Below, one piece after another: positions 21,565 to 30,017 of a stretch of 64,000 nt of DNA; within the stretch, counting starts at the first letter, position 1; every line of letters begins with the position of its first letter. This DNA is from Alphaproteobacteria bacterium (lineage in GTDB: Bacteria; Pseudomonadota; Alphaproteobacteria; Bin95), in contig OZ219786.1 in the NCBI GenBank assembly GCA_964291285.2, forward strand, positions 576,001-640,000. The letters run 5' to 3'. A program made the translations under genes and the position numbers. Below the pieces are notes generated by a model. That model was not told where the DNA came from, made no database searches, and saw only the letters and a list, made by a program, of their open reading frames with translations.

Positions 21565-22020
21565 CTATGATTTCGCGGGCGCGGCCTTCTCCGCGGGCTT
21601 CGCCGGCGGGACGACCATCGCGGCCGTCTCGTCCATGGCCTCGCGAACGCGCTTGTCGATCAGGCCGAACACCTCGCGGCCGGTTTTGGCCGACATGTCC
21701 GCAAGTTCGCCGGCGCCCGCAACCGCCGATTCCCAGGCGCCTCTGGCGAATGCCGCGCTGCGCTCCGCCTTGTCCTCGAAGCTCGCATCGCCGAAGAACA
21801 GGTTCATGTTGGCGGCGGAGGCCTCGACCGCCTCGCGCGCCAGCTCGCCCTGCCGGCGCATGAAGGCGCCTGCGCCCTCGAACGCCGTCTGGCCGGCGGC
21901 AGTCATGGCCTCGACATTCTTGCGGTGCAGCGCCATGGCGCCCTCGGCGTCGAAGGCCGGGATCCTGAAATCGGCCATGAACCGGGCCGGATCGAAGTCG
22001 GCGAAAGGCATCTTGTACAT
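21565..22020 (-). CDS. Phasin family protein
   Basis: 'LHRKNVEAMTAAGQTAFEG...RRQGE...AFARGAWE...ELADM' amphipathic pattern; PhaR-like boxes upstream. Confidence 0.8.
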   Translation of the reverse strand: MYKMPFADFDPARFMADFRIPAFDAEGAMALHRKNVEAMTAAGQTAFEGAGAFMRRQGELAREAVEASAANMNLFFGDASFEDKAERSAAFARGAWESAVAGAGELADMSAKTGREVFGLIDKRVREAMDETAAMVVPPAKPAEKAAPAKS

Positions 22021-22083
22021 CGGTCTCGTGGTCTCCGTTCCAGTCTCGCGAGCCGCCTGCCGTAGAGGCGTGCGACTGTTGTC

Positions 22084-22144
22084 TCGCAACGCAATATGAT
22101 TATGCTGCGATGCAGCGTCAAGTCTTTTTTTGTGCGCCGCACAA
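22084..22144 (-). promoter_or_regulatory. Phasin sigma70 promoter with PhaR-like operators
   Basis: TTGACG-N17-CATATT (22121-22093); palindromes GCTGCGATGCAGC and TTGTGCGCCGCACAA. Confidence 0.65.
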
Positions 22145-22149
22145 ATTTT

Positions 22150-22707
22150 TTAGCAGCGCCGCCCTTCCAGCATGGGCGCCCAGCGCTTCAGGGCCTTGTC
22201 GAGGCTGGCCATGGTGCGGCCGAGATCCTCGCTGTCGTCCTGCAGCCAGACCCGCATGACGGACAGGTGGATGCCGGCCAGCAGCTTTACCCTCAGGAGA
22301 TCGAAGGGCCTCCGCGCCGGCGCGCCGGCGGCTTCCAGCATCCAGGCCATGGACCGGGCGAGCGCCGGCGCCAGCGGCGCGCCGGACAACGGGTCGCGCC
22401 GAAGATCGCGCCAGTACGCTTCGATAACCGCCCGATGCGGCTTGAGCGCGTCATAACGGCGCATCAACAGGTCGAAGAGCCGGTCGCGGAACGATTCGTC
22501 CTCGGCCCCGGCATCGGTTTCCGACAACACCGCCGCGTCGATGCGCGCGACCGCCGCTCTCATGACCGCACCCTTCGACGGGAAGTGGCGATAGACGTCC
22601 GCGAGCCCGCATCCGGCATGCGCGGCAATATCGGAGAGCGTCGCGTGGCGCCAGCCGCGTTCGGCGGCCACCGCGAGCGCCGCGTCGAGAATGGTATCGG
22701 CATCCAT
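22150..22707 (-). CDS. TetR/AcrR family transcriptional regulator
   Basis: 'ILDAALAVAAERGW...LSDIAAHAG...VYRHFPSK'. Confidence 0.9.
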   Translation of the reverse strand: MDADTILDAALAVAAERGWRHATLSDIAAHAGCGLADVYRHFPSKGAVMRAAVARIDAAVLSETDAGAEDESFRDRLFDLLMRRYDALKPHRAVIEAYWRDLRRDPLSGAPLAPALARSMAWMLEAAGAPARRPFDLLRVKLLAGIHLSVMRVWLQDDSEDLGRTMASLDKALKRWAPMLEGRRC

Positions 22708-22768
22708 GACATATCCTCCTTCAGGCCCCAATATGGGGCGCAGCAGCGGCCAAGGGGAGGGCGGGGCC

Positions 22769-23164
22769 ATGAGTTTTCATATCCGTCATCTGGACCATGT
22801 CGTGCTCCGGGTCCGCGACATGGACGCGGCAATAGCCTTCTACACCGGCGTGCTCGGCTGCCGGGAGGAGCGGCGGCTGGAGGAAATCGGCCTCGTGCAA
22901 CTGCGCGCCGGCGCCAGCCTGATCGACCTCGTGCCGGGCGAGCCGGACGCCTCCGGCGCCAATATGGACCACTTCGCGGTCCGTATTGCGCCCTTCGAGG
23001 AAGCAAGCCTCCGCGCCTGGCTGGCGGAGCACGGCATCGAGACGGAAGCGGCGCTCCCGCGCTACGGCGCCGAAGGCACCGGCCCGTCGATCTATATCCG
23101 CGACCCGGACGGCAACACCGTCGAGCTGAAGGGGCCGCCCACGGGCCTGGGCACTGCTGCATAG
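22769..23164 (+). CDS. VOC (glyoxalase) family protein
   Basis: 'LDHVVLRVRDM...FYTGVLG', 'YIRDPDGNTVELK'. Confidence 0.9.
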   Translation: MSFHIRHLDHVVLRVRDMDAAIAFYTGVLGCREERRLEEIGLVQLRAGASLIDLVPGEPDASGANMDHFAVRIAPFEEASLRAWLAEHGIETEAALPRYGAEGTGPSIYIRDPDGNTVELKGPPTGLGTAA

Positions 23165-23215
23165 GGCCCCTGCCCCTGTCTCGACCCGGCCCCGCCGCGC
23201 TCCGCGCCCCGCCTG

Positions 23216-23336
23216 CCCCCGCGAAGGCGGGGGTCGCCCCGGCCCTGAGCCCATCCATGGCCCGCCATGCTGCCGCGGCCGGTGGAAAGAGGGTGGAACC
23301 GCCGAGGCTGCCGCGAGAGTCAGGGCCGGGGTGACG
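23216..23336. repeat. REP-like hairpins
   Basis: CCCCCGC-GAAG-GCGGGGG (23216-23233) and inverted pair GTCGCCCCGGCCCTGA ... TCAGGGCCGGGGTGAC. Confidence 0.65.
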
Positions 23337-23969
23337 GCTGTGCTTCGGAAAGCGCCCCCTTCCGATGTGTCATGGAATGTCATGGAATGTCATGTTTTGC
23401 ATGGTCGGGGGCGAACTCCGTGTCTCCGGGCCCGTCCGGCCGCCGGGGCGCATTGAAGGGTCCGGCCCTCTGGAGCCAGTCGAGGCTGTCCCGGCGGCGC
23501 TGCTCGATGTTCTCCACGATCCAGGGCCGCTCCAGGAGCGCGCACCCTGTCTGCCTTGCGGCGTGTGCGGCATTGCCGGAGGCGGTGTAGTGGCAGCAGA
23601 AGGCCTCCTGGCGGGTGGAGAGGGCGACGGTCGGGTCGAGAAAGGGCATGGCGGCTCCTTCATTCCGTTTCGGTTCGACGGCCATGCCGCCCTGGCATCG
23701 GAGCGACCCTTATTCGCGCGTATCCTGCGCGGGCGCCTGTGCCGGCGCGGGCGGGTGTCGGCGCCGGCGCGGTTCGCGCGCCTGATTGCCCGCGCGCGAG
23801 GCAGGCGCAGGACGCACCTCACCTGTCGGCTGAATCGGGGTCGTTCCGCACCGGGCCGGCGCGGGCGGGAAGCGGCTCCGGATGCCTCTTCCCTCGCACC
23901 CATTATACCACTATTTTCTCAGATGCAAGCCCTGAACAGAGAAATATTGCTTAATTTTTAGGAACAATT
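23232..23969 (-). repeat. Dispersed element, copy 2 (more complete)
   Basis: Reverse complement of 10397-11016 with extra internal sequence; promoter TTGCAT (23928-23923) / TATAAT (23907-23902). Confidence 0.92.
23380..23649 (-). CDS. Terminase small subunit-like HTH protein (89 aa, probably internally deleted)
   Basis: AAGGAG RBS; 'LSTRQEAFCCHYTASGNAAHAARQTGCALLERPWIVENI' resembles TerS N-terminus LTxKQxxFCxxY...NAxxAAxxAGY...LLxxPxI. Confidence 0.6.
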   Translation of the reverse strand: MPFLDPTVALSTRQEAFCCHYTASGNAAHAARQTGCALLERPWIVENIEQRRRDSLDWLQRAGPFNAPRRPDGPGDTEFAPDHAKHDIP

Positions 23970-24043
23970 CACTATACACGCCGGTTGGACCCAAGCTTCC
24001 CTGCCCGGGGGCCGAGGCGATGGAGGGGGTATCCGGCGTCCGG

Positions 24044-25759
24044 TCACCGCCCCATGGCCCGGCCGGACCGGCGCGGGTCGGCACCGCCGCAGATCAGGCC
24101 GGTCTCGAGATTCGCGCTGATCGCGCAGACGCCGGCAACCAGATCGGAACGGACGCCGTGCCATTCCACATCGTGGCCCCGCCGGGCGAGATCGGCGCCA
24201 ACCTCGGGCGCGATCCCCTCCTCGACGACCAGGCGCCCCGGCTTCGCTTCGTGCGGCTCGAAGGAGTTCGGGTGGCTGTGCGTTGAAAAGCGCGGCGCCT
24301 CGACCGCCGGCTGAATGTCCATGCCGAAGACCAGATGGTTCAACAGCACCTGCAGCATGCCTTGCGGCTGCGCGTCGCCGCCGGGTGCGCCGAACGGTAT
24401 GGCCAGACGGCCCGGCGCCAGCGCGAGAGCCGGGTTCGGCGTCAGGCGCGGCCGCTTGCCGGGCGCAACGGCCGAGGCGTGCCCGGCTACGGCGAAGGAC
24501 TGCGAACCCCGCGATGACGGGCAGAAGCCGAGGCCGGGAATGGCCGGCCCGTCGAAGGAGACGTCGCTCGGCGTGGCCGAAAAGACATTGCCGGCGCTGT
24601 CCACCGCGCAGGCATAGGAGGTGTCGGCCGCGGCAATCGAGGCCGACCGGTCGACGGGAGGAATGAAGCAGAGCCCTCCATATCCCTCGATGTCGCCGGG
24701 CGGCGGCATGCCGGGCCAGGCGCGGGCCGCGTCGATGTCCATCCGGCGCTCGGCGGCATAGTCCTCCGAGAGCAGACGGTCCATGGGCACGTCGATGACG
24801 TCCGGGTCGCCGAAGAACTTCTCGCGGTCGGCGAAGACCAGCTTGATCGCCTCGGCCAGCGTGTGGATGTAGCCGGCCGAGTTGTGCCCGAGGCCGGCGA
24901 GGTCGAACCCTTCCAGAATCCGCAACATCTGCAGCAGGGTCGGTCCCTGGCACCATGGACGGCAGCTATAGACCTGCACATCCCGGAACCCGATGCTGAC
25001 CGGCGCTTCCACGGGCGTGCGGTAGCCGGCAAGGTCGGCAGCGGAGAGCAGGCCGCCGTTCTCTTCGTGATAGGCGGTGATTTTTTTCGCTATGTCACCG
25101 ACATAGAAGGCGTCGCGGGCCGCCCGGAGCCCATCCCGGCGCCCGCCGGAGGCGGCCCCTTCCTCGTCCGCCACGTATTGCAGCGTGGCGGCGAGATCGG
25201 TCTGCACGAGCAGGTCGCCCACCGCCGGCGGCTCGCCGTCCCTCAGCCAGATCGCCGCGTTGCCCGGCCACATCCGGTAGCGGTCCCGGTAGCGTTCGAT
25301 GAATGCCGCCATCACCGGATGGACGGTGAACCCCTCGCGGGCATACCGGATGGCGGGCGCGGCGACTTCGGCAAAGGACATCGTGCCGAACGTCGCCAGC
25401 GCGGTGATCCAGGCATCGGGCGCGGCCGGCACCACGGTTCGCAGAAGCCCGATGGGAATGCCTCCGCCATGGCGGTCGCGAAACAGCTCGAGGCTCGCCG
25501 CCCGCGGCCAGTATCCGAGACCGGCGATGCTGAACACCTCACCGCGCTCGGCGGAATAGACGAGCATCGGGGCCACGCCGGAGAACTGGACCTGGTCGCT
25601 GTGGACCACGCCGAGCGCAATCCCCGCCGCGACGCCGGCATCGACTGCATTGCCGCCGGCCTCCAGCATGGCCGCGCCCGCCTCGGTCGCCAGATAGTGG
25701 CCCGCGACGCACATATGGCGCCGCGCCGTGACCATGGGCTGTTGCGGCAGGACCGGCAT
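24044..25759 (-). CDS. Gamma-glutamyltransferase family protein
   Basis: 'GGNAVDA', nucleophile Thr in 'DTSYACAVDSAGN', 'PGKRPRLT', 'GAPGGDAQPQ', 'GADPRR'. Confidence 0.92.
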   Translation of the reverse strand: MPVLPQQPMVTARRHMCVAGHYLATEAGAAMLEAGGNAVDAGVAAGIALGVVHSDQVQFSGVAPMLVYSAERGEVFSIAGLGYWPRAASLELFRDRHGGGIPIGLLRTVVPAAPDAWITALATFGTMSFAEVAAPAIRYAREGFTVHPVMAAFIERYRDRYRMWPGNAAIWLRDGEPPAVGDLLVQTDLAATLQYVADEEGAASGGRRDGLRAARDAFYVGDIAKKITAYHEENGGLLSAADLAGYRTPVEAPVSIGFRDVQVYSCRPWCQGPTLLQMLRILEGFDLAGLGHNSAGYIHTLAEAIKLVFADREKFFGDPDVIDVPMDRLLSEDYAAERRMDIDAARAWPGMPPPGDIEGYGGLCFIPPVDRSASIAAADTSYACAVDSAGNVFSATPSDVSFDGPAIPGLGFCPSSRGSQSFAVAGHASAVAPGKRPRLTPNPALALAPGRLAIPFGAPGGDAQPQGMLQVLLNHLVFGMDIQPAVEAPRFSTHSHPNSFEPHEAKPGRLVVEEGIAPEVGADLARRGHDVEWHGVRSDLVAGVCAISANLETGLICGGADPRRSGRAMGR

Positions 25760-25848
25760 GGCAGTCACTCCCTCGCTGGAATTGCCGGCGCATATCGAAG
25801 CGGGAACCCGGCGACTCGCGACAGGGCGCGCGCGCCGGAGCCGGGAGA

Positions 25849-25924
25849 TGGTGCCGCAGGAGAGACTTGAACTCCCGACCCGCGCATTACGAATGCGCTG
25901 CTCTACCGGCTGAGCTACTGCGGC
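25849..25924 (-). tRNA. tRNA-Thr(CGT)
   Basis: GCCGCAGTAGCTCAGCCGGTAGAGCAGCGCATTCGTAATGCGCGGGTCGGGAGTTCAAGTCTCTCCTGCGGCACCA; 76-nt cloverleaf with encoded CCA. Confidence 0.96.
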
Positions 25925-25970
25925 ACGGGCGCGCAAGATAGGCAACGCGCCGGGGGCTGGCAAGGCGCTC

Positions 25971-27323
25971 TCAGGGCTCCAGCTTGCGGCGCAGCGCCTC
26001 GACTTCCTCTTCCAGCGCCTTGTCGTCTTCCATCAGCTTTTCGATCTTGCGCACGCCGTAGAGCACCGTCGAATGGTCCCGCCCGAACTTGCGGCCGATG
26101 TCCGGCAGCGAGAGCGAGGTGAGCTGCTTGGCGAGATACATCGCCACCTGGCGCGGCCGCGCGACGGCCCGGGCGCGCCGCGGCGAGTCCATCTCCGCGG
26201 GACGGACATTGTACCGGTCGCAGACGAGCTTCTTGATCGCCTCGACGGTCGGCGTGCGGTCGTTGACCGGCAGCAGGTCCACCAGCACCTTCTCCGCGCG
26301 GTCCACCGATATCTCCCCGCCGAACTGCCGGTAATGCGACTCCAGCCGGTTCATGGCGCCCTGCAGCACGCGCATGTTGGAGGTGATCCGCTCGGCCAGG
26401 AAGACCAGCACCTCCTGCGGGGCCGGCAGCGTCGTTTCGAACGCCTTGCGCTCGAGGAAGGCGAGGCGCAGCGGATAGTCCGTCTCAAGCGGCAGGATCG
26501 GCGCCGACACGCCGGTGCTCAGCCGCGAGCGAATCCGCTCGTCGATCCCCTCCAGGCCGACAGGCGAGGCGTTCCCCGAGATCACCATCAGGCGGCTCCG
26601 GCTCGCGAAGGCGTTGATCGTGTGCAGCAACTCGTCCTGGGTGCCCGAATTGCGGCTCAGAAGATGCACATCGTCGATCATCAGCACATCGAAGGACCGG
26701 ACCCTGCTCTTGAACGCCGCGACGCTCTTGGCATTCACCGCGTCGATGTAGTGCTGGCGGAAATCGTCCGAACTGAAATAGACGACCGGGCGGTCCGGAC
26801 GGTCCCGGCGCAGCCTGAGCGCAAGCGCCTGCATCAGATGGGTCTTGCCGAGGCCGACGCCGCCGAACAGGTAGAGCGGACCGGACGGGCGCACATTGCC
26901 GTCCGCGACGCCGAGGCAGAGGCCGTGAGCAAGCGCGTTCGACTCGCCGGTGATGAAGTTCTCGAAGGTGAGGAAGGACTGGAACGGCGTGGCGAAGTCG
27001 TCGAGGCTGCCATTGCCGGCCGGCGCCGGGCGCTGCGCCGGCGGGGCGGGTGCGCCCTGCAGCAGCGGCTTCACCACGAAGCCGATTTCGGACAGGGCCG
27101 GGTCCGCCTCGAACCAGAGCATGCGGATGCGCTCGCCATAGCTGCCCTGGACCCGGTCGCGCATGAAGCGCGTCGGAAGCTGGATCGCGATGCCCTGCGC
27201 CCCCTTGTCCACCAGGGTCATCGGCTTCAGCCAGCTTTTGAAGATTCCGTCCCCGAATTCGGCCTGGAGCTGGCCGCGGATCCGCATCCATTCGACCTGG
27301 CGGTCGGGTTTCGCGCCCGCCAT
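25971..27323 (-). CDS. dnaA: Chromosomal replication initiator DnaA
   Basis: 'GGVGLGKTHL', 'LMIDDV', 'RPRQVAMYL...SLPDIGRKFGRDHSTV'; rpsT neighbour. Confidence 0.93.
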   Translation of the reverse strand: MAGAKPDRQVEWMRIRGQLQAEFGDGIFKSWLKPMTLVDKGAQGIAIQLPTRFMRDRVQGSYGERIRMLWFEADPALSEIGFVVKPLLQGAPAPPAQRPAPAGNGSLDDFATPFQSFLTFENFITGESNALAHGLCLGVADGNVRPSGPLYLFGGVGLGKTHLMQALALRLRRDRPDRPVVYFSSDDFRQHYIDAVNAKSVAAFKSRVRSFDVLMIDDVHLLSRNSGTQDELLHTINAFASRSRLMVISGNASPVGLEGIDERIRSRLSTGVSAPILPLETDYPLRLAFLERKAFETTLPAPQEVLVFLAERITSNMRVLQGAMNRLESHYRQFGGEISVDRAEKVLVDLLPVNDRTPTVEAIKKLVCDRYNVRPAEMDSPRRARAVARPRQVAMYLAKQLTSLSLPDIGRKFGRDHSTVLYGVRKIEKLMEDDKALEEEVEALRRKLEP

Positions 27324-27328
27324 GCCGG

Positions 27329-27739
27329 TTACTCCTGCTTCCAGGGCAGGCCGGCAGCTTTCCAGCCCCAGGCCCAGCCGCGATGGCCTTCACCGTCCCG
27401 GTCGCCTTCGAACCCTTCCGAGACGTTGTAGCAGGGGCCGAGGCCGCGTGCCGTTGCCGCCGTCGCCGCGTGGGCCGAGCGGACGCCGGACCGGCAGATG
27501 AACAACAGCGGCCCGCCCCGCGCGGCCGCCGCCACCTCATCCACGAAATTCGGGTTTATCCCCATTCCCGGCCAGACCTGCCAGGACACCAGCGACGTTT
27601 CGCGCCCGAGCGGCGCCAGATCCGGCAAGCCGACAAACTGCCATTCCGGCAAGGTGCGGACGTCCACGAGGATGGCGTCCCCGGTCGACTCCAGCATGTC
27701 CCAGGCTTCTCGCGGCGACACGTCCCCCGCATAGGTCAT
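27329..27739 (-). CDS. Rhodanese-like domain protein
   Basis: 'LVDVRTLPEW', 'FICRSGVRS', 'YNVSEGFEG', 'GWKAAGLPW'. Confidence 0.9.
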   Translation of the reverse strand: MTYAGDVSPREAWDMLESTGDAILVDVRTLPEWQFVGLPDLAPLGRETSLVSWQVWPGMGINPNFVDEVAAAARGGPLLFICRSGVRSAHAATAATARGLGPCYNVSEGFEGDRDGEGHRGWAWGWKAAGLPWKQE

Positions 27740-27973
27740 CGGCGCTGCTCCTCCTCCCGACGCCCCGCCGAACAACCGGCCGACCGGACCCTTGGGGCGG
27801 CAGGAGGCGGCCGCTCCCGACAACCGCTCCCGTGCGCCCCGGTCCGGCCGGAAGGCCGACTTGGTGGGACGGAAAAAAGGCTACCCGCCTCCAGCCCCGC
27901 CGCAAGAGGGCCAAGCAGCGAACCCCGCCCCCGGACTCCCTAAGGCGTTAGCGAGGCGTAACAATTTTGCCAT

Positions 27974-28002
27974 AAAAAAAATCCGCCGCTCGGAAGCGGC
28001 GG
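27974..28002 (-). terminator. Intrinsic terminator of rpsT
   Basis: CCGCCGCT-TCCG-AGCGGCGG followed by a T8 run on the minus strand. Confidence 0.75.
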
Positions 28003-28028
28003 CGCAAGGTCTCTGTACAGGTCGTATG

Positions 28029-28295
28029 CTAGGCGTGCATGTCTTTGATTTTCTTGGATAAACGCGAAAGCTTCCGCTGCATGGTATTGCGATGAAATTT
28101 TCCCTTCTGAGCGCCCCGCGCCATCTCCGGTTCGGCATTCCTGAGTGCGGCGCGCGCGCCTTCCCTGTCGCCGCCCTCTATGGCGGCCTCGACCTTCTTT
28201 ATGAAGGTCCGCACGCGGCTGGCGCGGGCGCGGTTGCGGTCGGCGCGGCGCAGGTTCTGGCGAACGCGCTTCCTAGCTTGATTCGAATGGGCCAT
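28029..28295 (-). CDS. rpsT: 30S ribosomal protein S20
   Basis: 'MAHSNQARKRVRQNLRR...SRVRTFIKKV...KGKFHRNTMQRKLSRL'. Confidence 0.95.
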   Translation of the reverse strand: MAHSNQARKRVRQNLRRADRNRARASRVRTFIKKVEAAIEGGDREGARAALRNAEPEMARGAQKGKFHRNTMQRKLSRLSKKIKDMHA

Positions 28296-28360
28296 GGTGT
28301 CGTCGGGTTTCCGTTCCGGTCGAGTTTGCGCCGGCTTATAGGACCGCCGTCCGGTCCCCG

Positions 28361-29473
28361 TCAAGCGGGCTCCGGCGCGCCGAGGCGGCCCGCTGTCCAT
28401 CTGTGGAAAGCGTGGCTCGGCCCGTCCATGACCGGCGAGAAGCAGCCGCCGTCGAAAGCGGGCGACCGGCGCCCCTGCTGCATCCGCTCGACGACACCCA
28501 CATCCTCCCCGAACACGTCTTCCCAGCGGGCGCGAAGCCGGTCCCGCGCCCCGGCATAGGCGGGCGCCCCGGCCGCCTCCTCCAGGCACCAGAGCCGCGC
28601 ATCCTCCGCCGTCAGGTCCGGGGCGAGCGGGTCGAGGCGCATGGCGAAGAAATGGTCCATATGCACGCCCAGCAGCAGGTTGGGATAGAGGGCTACATAT
28701 TCGGCGACCGGGCGGTCGTCGGCTGCGGGCAGTTCGCCACGGGCCGCATAGCAATGCGACCCCTGGCCGGAGAAGGACGCCTCGACAATGGGATAGTGGT
28801 CGGCGAGCGGGGAAATGCGGTTCAGCTCCGGGTGGATCCAGGGCAGGTGGTAGGCCTCGCAATAGTTCTCGACCGCAAGCTTCCAGTTGGCGTCCAGCCG
28901 GAGGCGGATCGGCTCTATGTCCGCCGGCCGGTAGCGCGCCAGCGGGAAATGCCGCCACCGGGCCAGCAACGGCGCGAGGCAGTCCTCCAGCGCGGGCGCG
29001 GCGCCGGACAGGTCCGCGAACACCATGTCGAGCCACACGGCGGCGCGCACCGGCACCAGCCCGCGTTCGCTCTTGCAGAAGCCCGGCGCCTCATGGCGGC
29101 CGACGCCGCCGATATGCGGCGTGGCGCGCAACCGGCCCTCCAGGTCGTAGGTCCAGCTGTGATAGGGGCAGCGCACGGCCGTCCTGCCGCGTTGCGGCTC
29201 GTCCACAAGGCGGACGCCGCGGTGGCGGCAGACATTGTGGAAGCAGCGGATTTCGCCCTCCCCGGTCCGCACCAGCAGCAGCGCCACGCCCATCGCATCC
29301 ACCGGCATGAGATCGCCGGGCGCGGCGAGATCGCTCGCAAAGGCGATACAGAACCAGCCCCGGCCGAAGATGCGCCGGCGCTCCTCATCCAGGGCCGAGG
29401 CTTCGGTGTAGCAGCGCCCGGGCAGGCCGCGCGCTGTCTCGATGGGCCTCAGGACGCTTGCCAGGTCGTTCAT
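28361..29473 (-). CDS. Rieske non-heme iron oxygenase alpha subunit (choline monooxygenase-like)
   Basis: CRHRG...CPYHSW Rieske motif; 'NWKLAVENYCEAYHLPWIHP'. Confidence 0.92.
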   Translation of the reverse strand: MNDLASVLRPIETARGLPGRCYTEASALDEERRRIFGRGWFCIAFASDLAAPGDLMPVDAMGVALLLVRTGEGEIRCFHNVCRHRGVRLVDEPQRGRTAVRCPYHSWTYDLEGRLRATPHIGGVGRHEAPGFCKSERGLVPVRAAVWLDMVFADLSGAAPALEDCLAPLLARWRHFPLARYRPADIEPIRLRLDANWKLAVENYCEAYHLPWIHPELNRISPLADHYPIVEASFSGQGSHCYAARGELPAADDRPVAEYVALYPNLLLGVHMDHFFAMRLDPLAPDLTAEDARLWCLEEAAGAPAYAGARDRLRARWEDVFGEDVGVVERMQQGRRSPAFDGGCFSPVMDGPSHAFHRWTAGRLGAPEPA

Positions 29474-29591
29474 CTCGGGGCCGCTCCGCCGGATTCGGGC
29501 AGGCTCGAGTCTGCCGCGTCCGGAGGGAAGTCCTGCGCCCGGATGCGACGTCGAAGGGGCGGGAATGCGACGGGACAGCCCCGGTCACCGC

Positions 29592-29975
29592 TCAGATGTC
29601 GCCCTCCGCTCCGGCGAGGACCACGACATAGCCGTCCGGGTCGCGCAGCCAGCATTCGCGGTGGCGGGCATTGGGGTTCACATGCGGCTGCTCGAGAATG
29701 TCGGCGCCGAGCGCGTGTGCCCGCGCGACCGCGGCGTCGAACGCATCCGTCCGGAACCAGAGCAGCACGCCGTTGCCGTGTGGCTTCGACGCCGGGTCGC
29801 CCATATGGGGATGGTCATGCGCATCCCAGCGGTGAAGCTGGAGGACGAGCCGGCCGCCGGAAAGCAGCCGTTCGTAATCCGGCCCGCCATGCCCGCTTTC
29901 GCATCCGAGCAGCTGTCGGTACCAGAGGCTGCTCGCCTCCACGTCCGCCACGGCGATCAGAGGCTGCGGTTCCAT
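29592..29975 (-). CDS. VOC family protein
   Basis: 'LIAVADVEASSLWY', 'WLRDPDGYVV'. Confidence 0.85.
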   Translation of the reverse strand: MEPQPLIAVADVEASSLWYRQLLGCESGHGGPDYERLLSGGRLVLQLHRWDAHDHPHMGDPASKPHGNGVLLWFRTDAFDAAVARAHALGADILEQPHVNPNARHRECWLRDPDGYVVVLAGAEGDI

Positions 29976-30017
29976 GCGCCCTCCTTGCACGGGAACCGGC
30001 GGGTCCCGTCGCTTCCC

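Noticed and set aside
23934-23966. LexA box in the element promoter
   Set aside because: Two GAAC half-sites are present but 24 bp apart, not the alphaproteobacterial GAAC-N7-GAAC spacing
25849-25924. tRNA-Thr as an island attachment site
   Set aside because: No duplicated tRNA 3' end and no adjacent integrase seen
27740-28028. oriC near dnaA
   Set aside because: No DnaA-box cluster or AT-rich unwinding element seen
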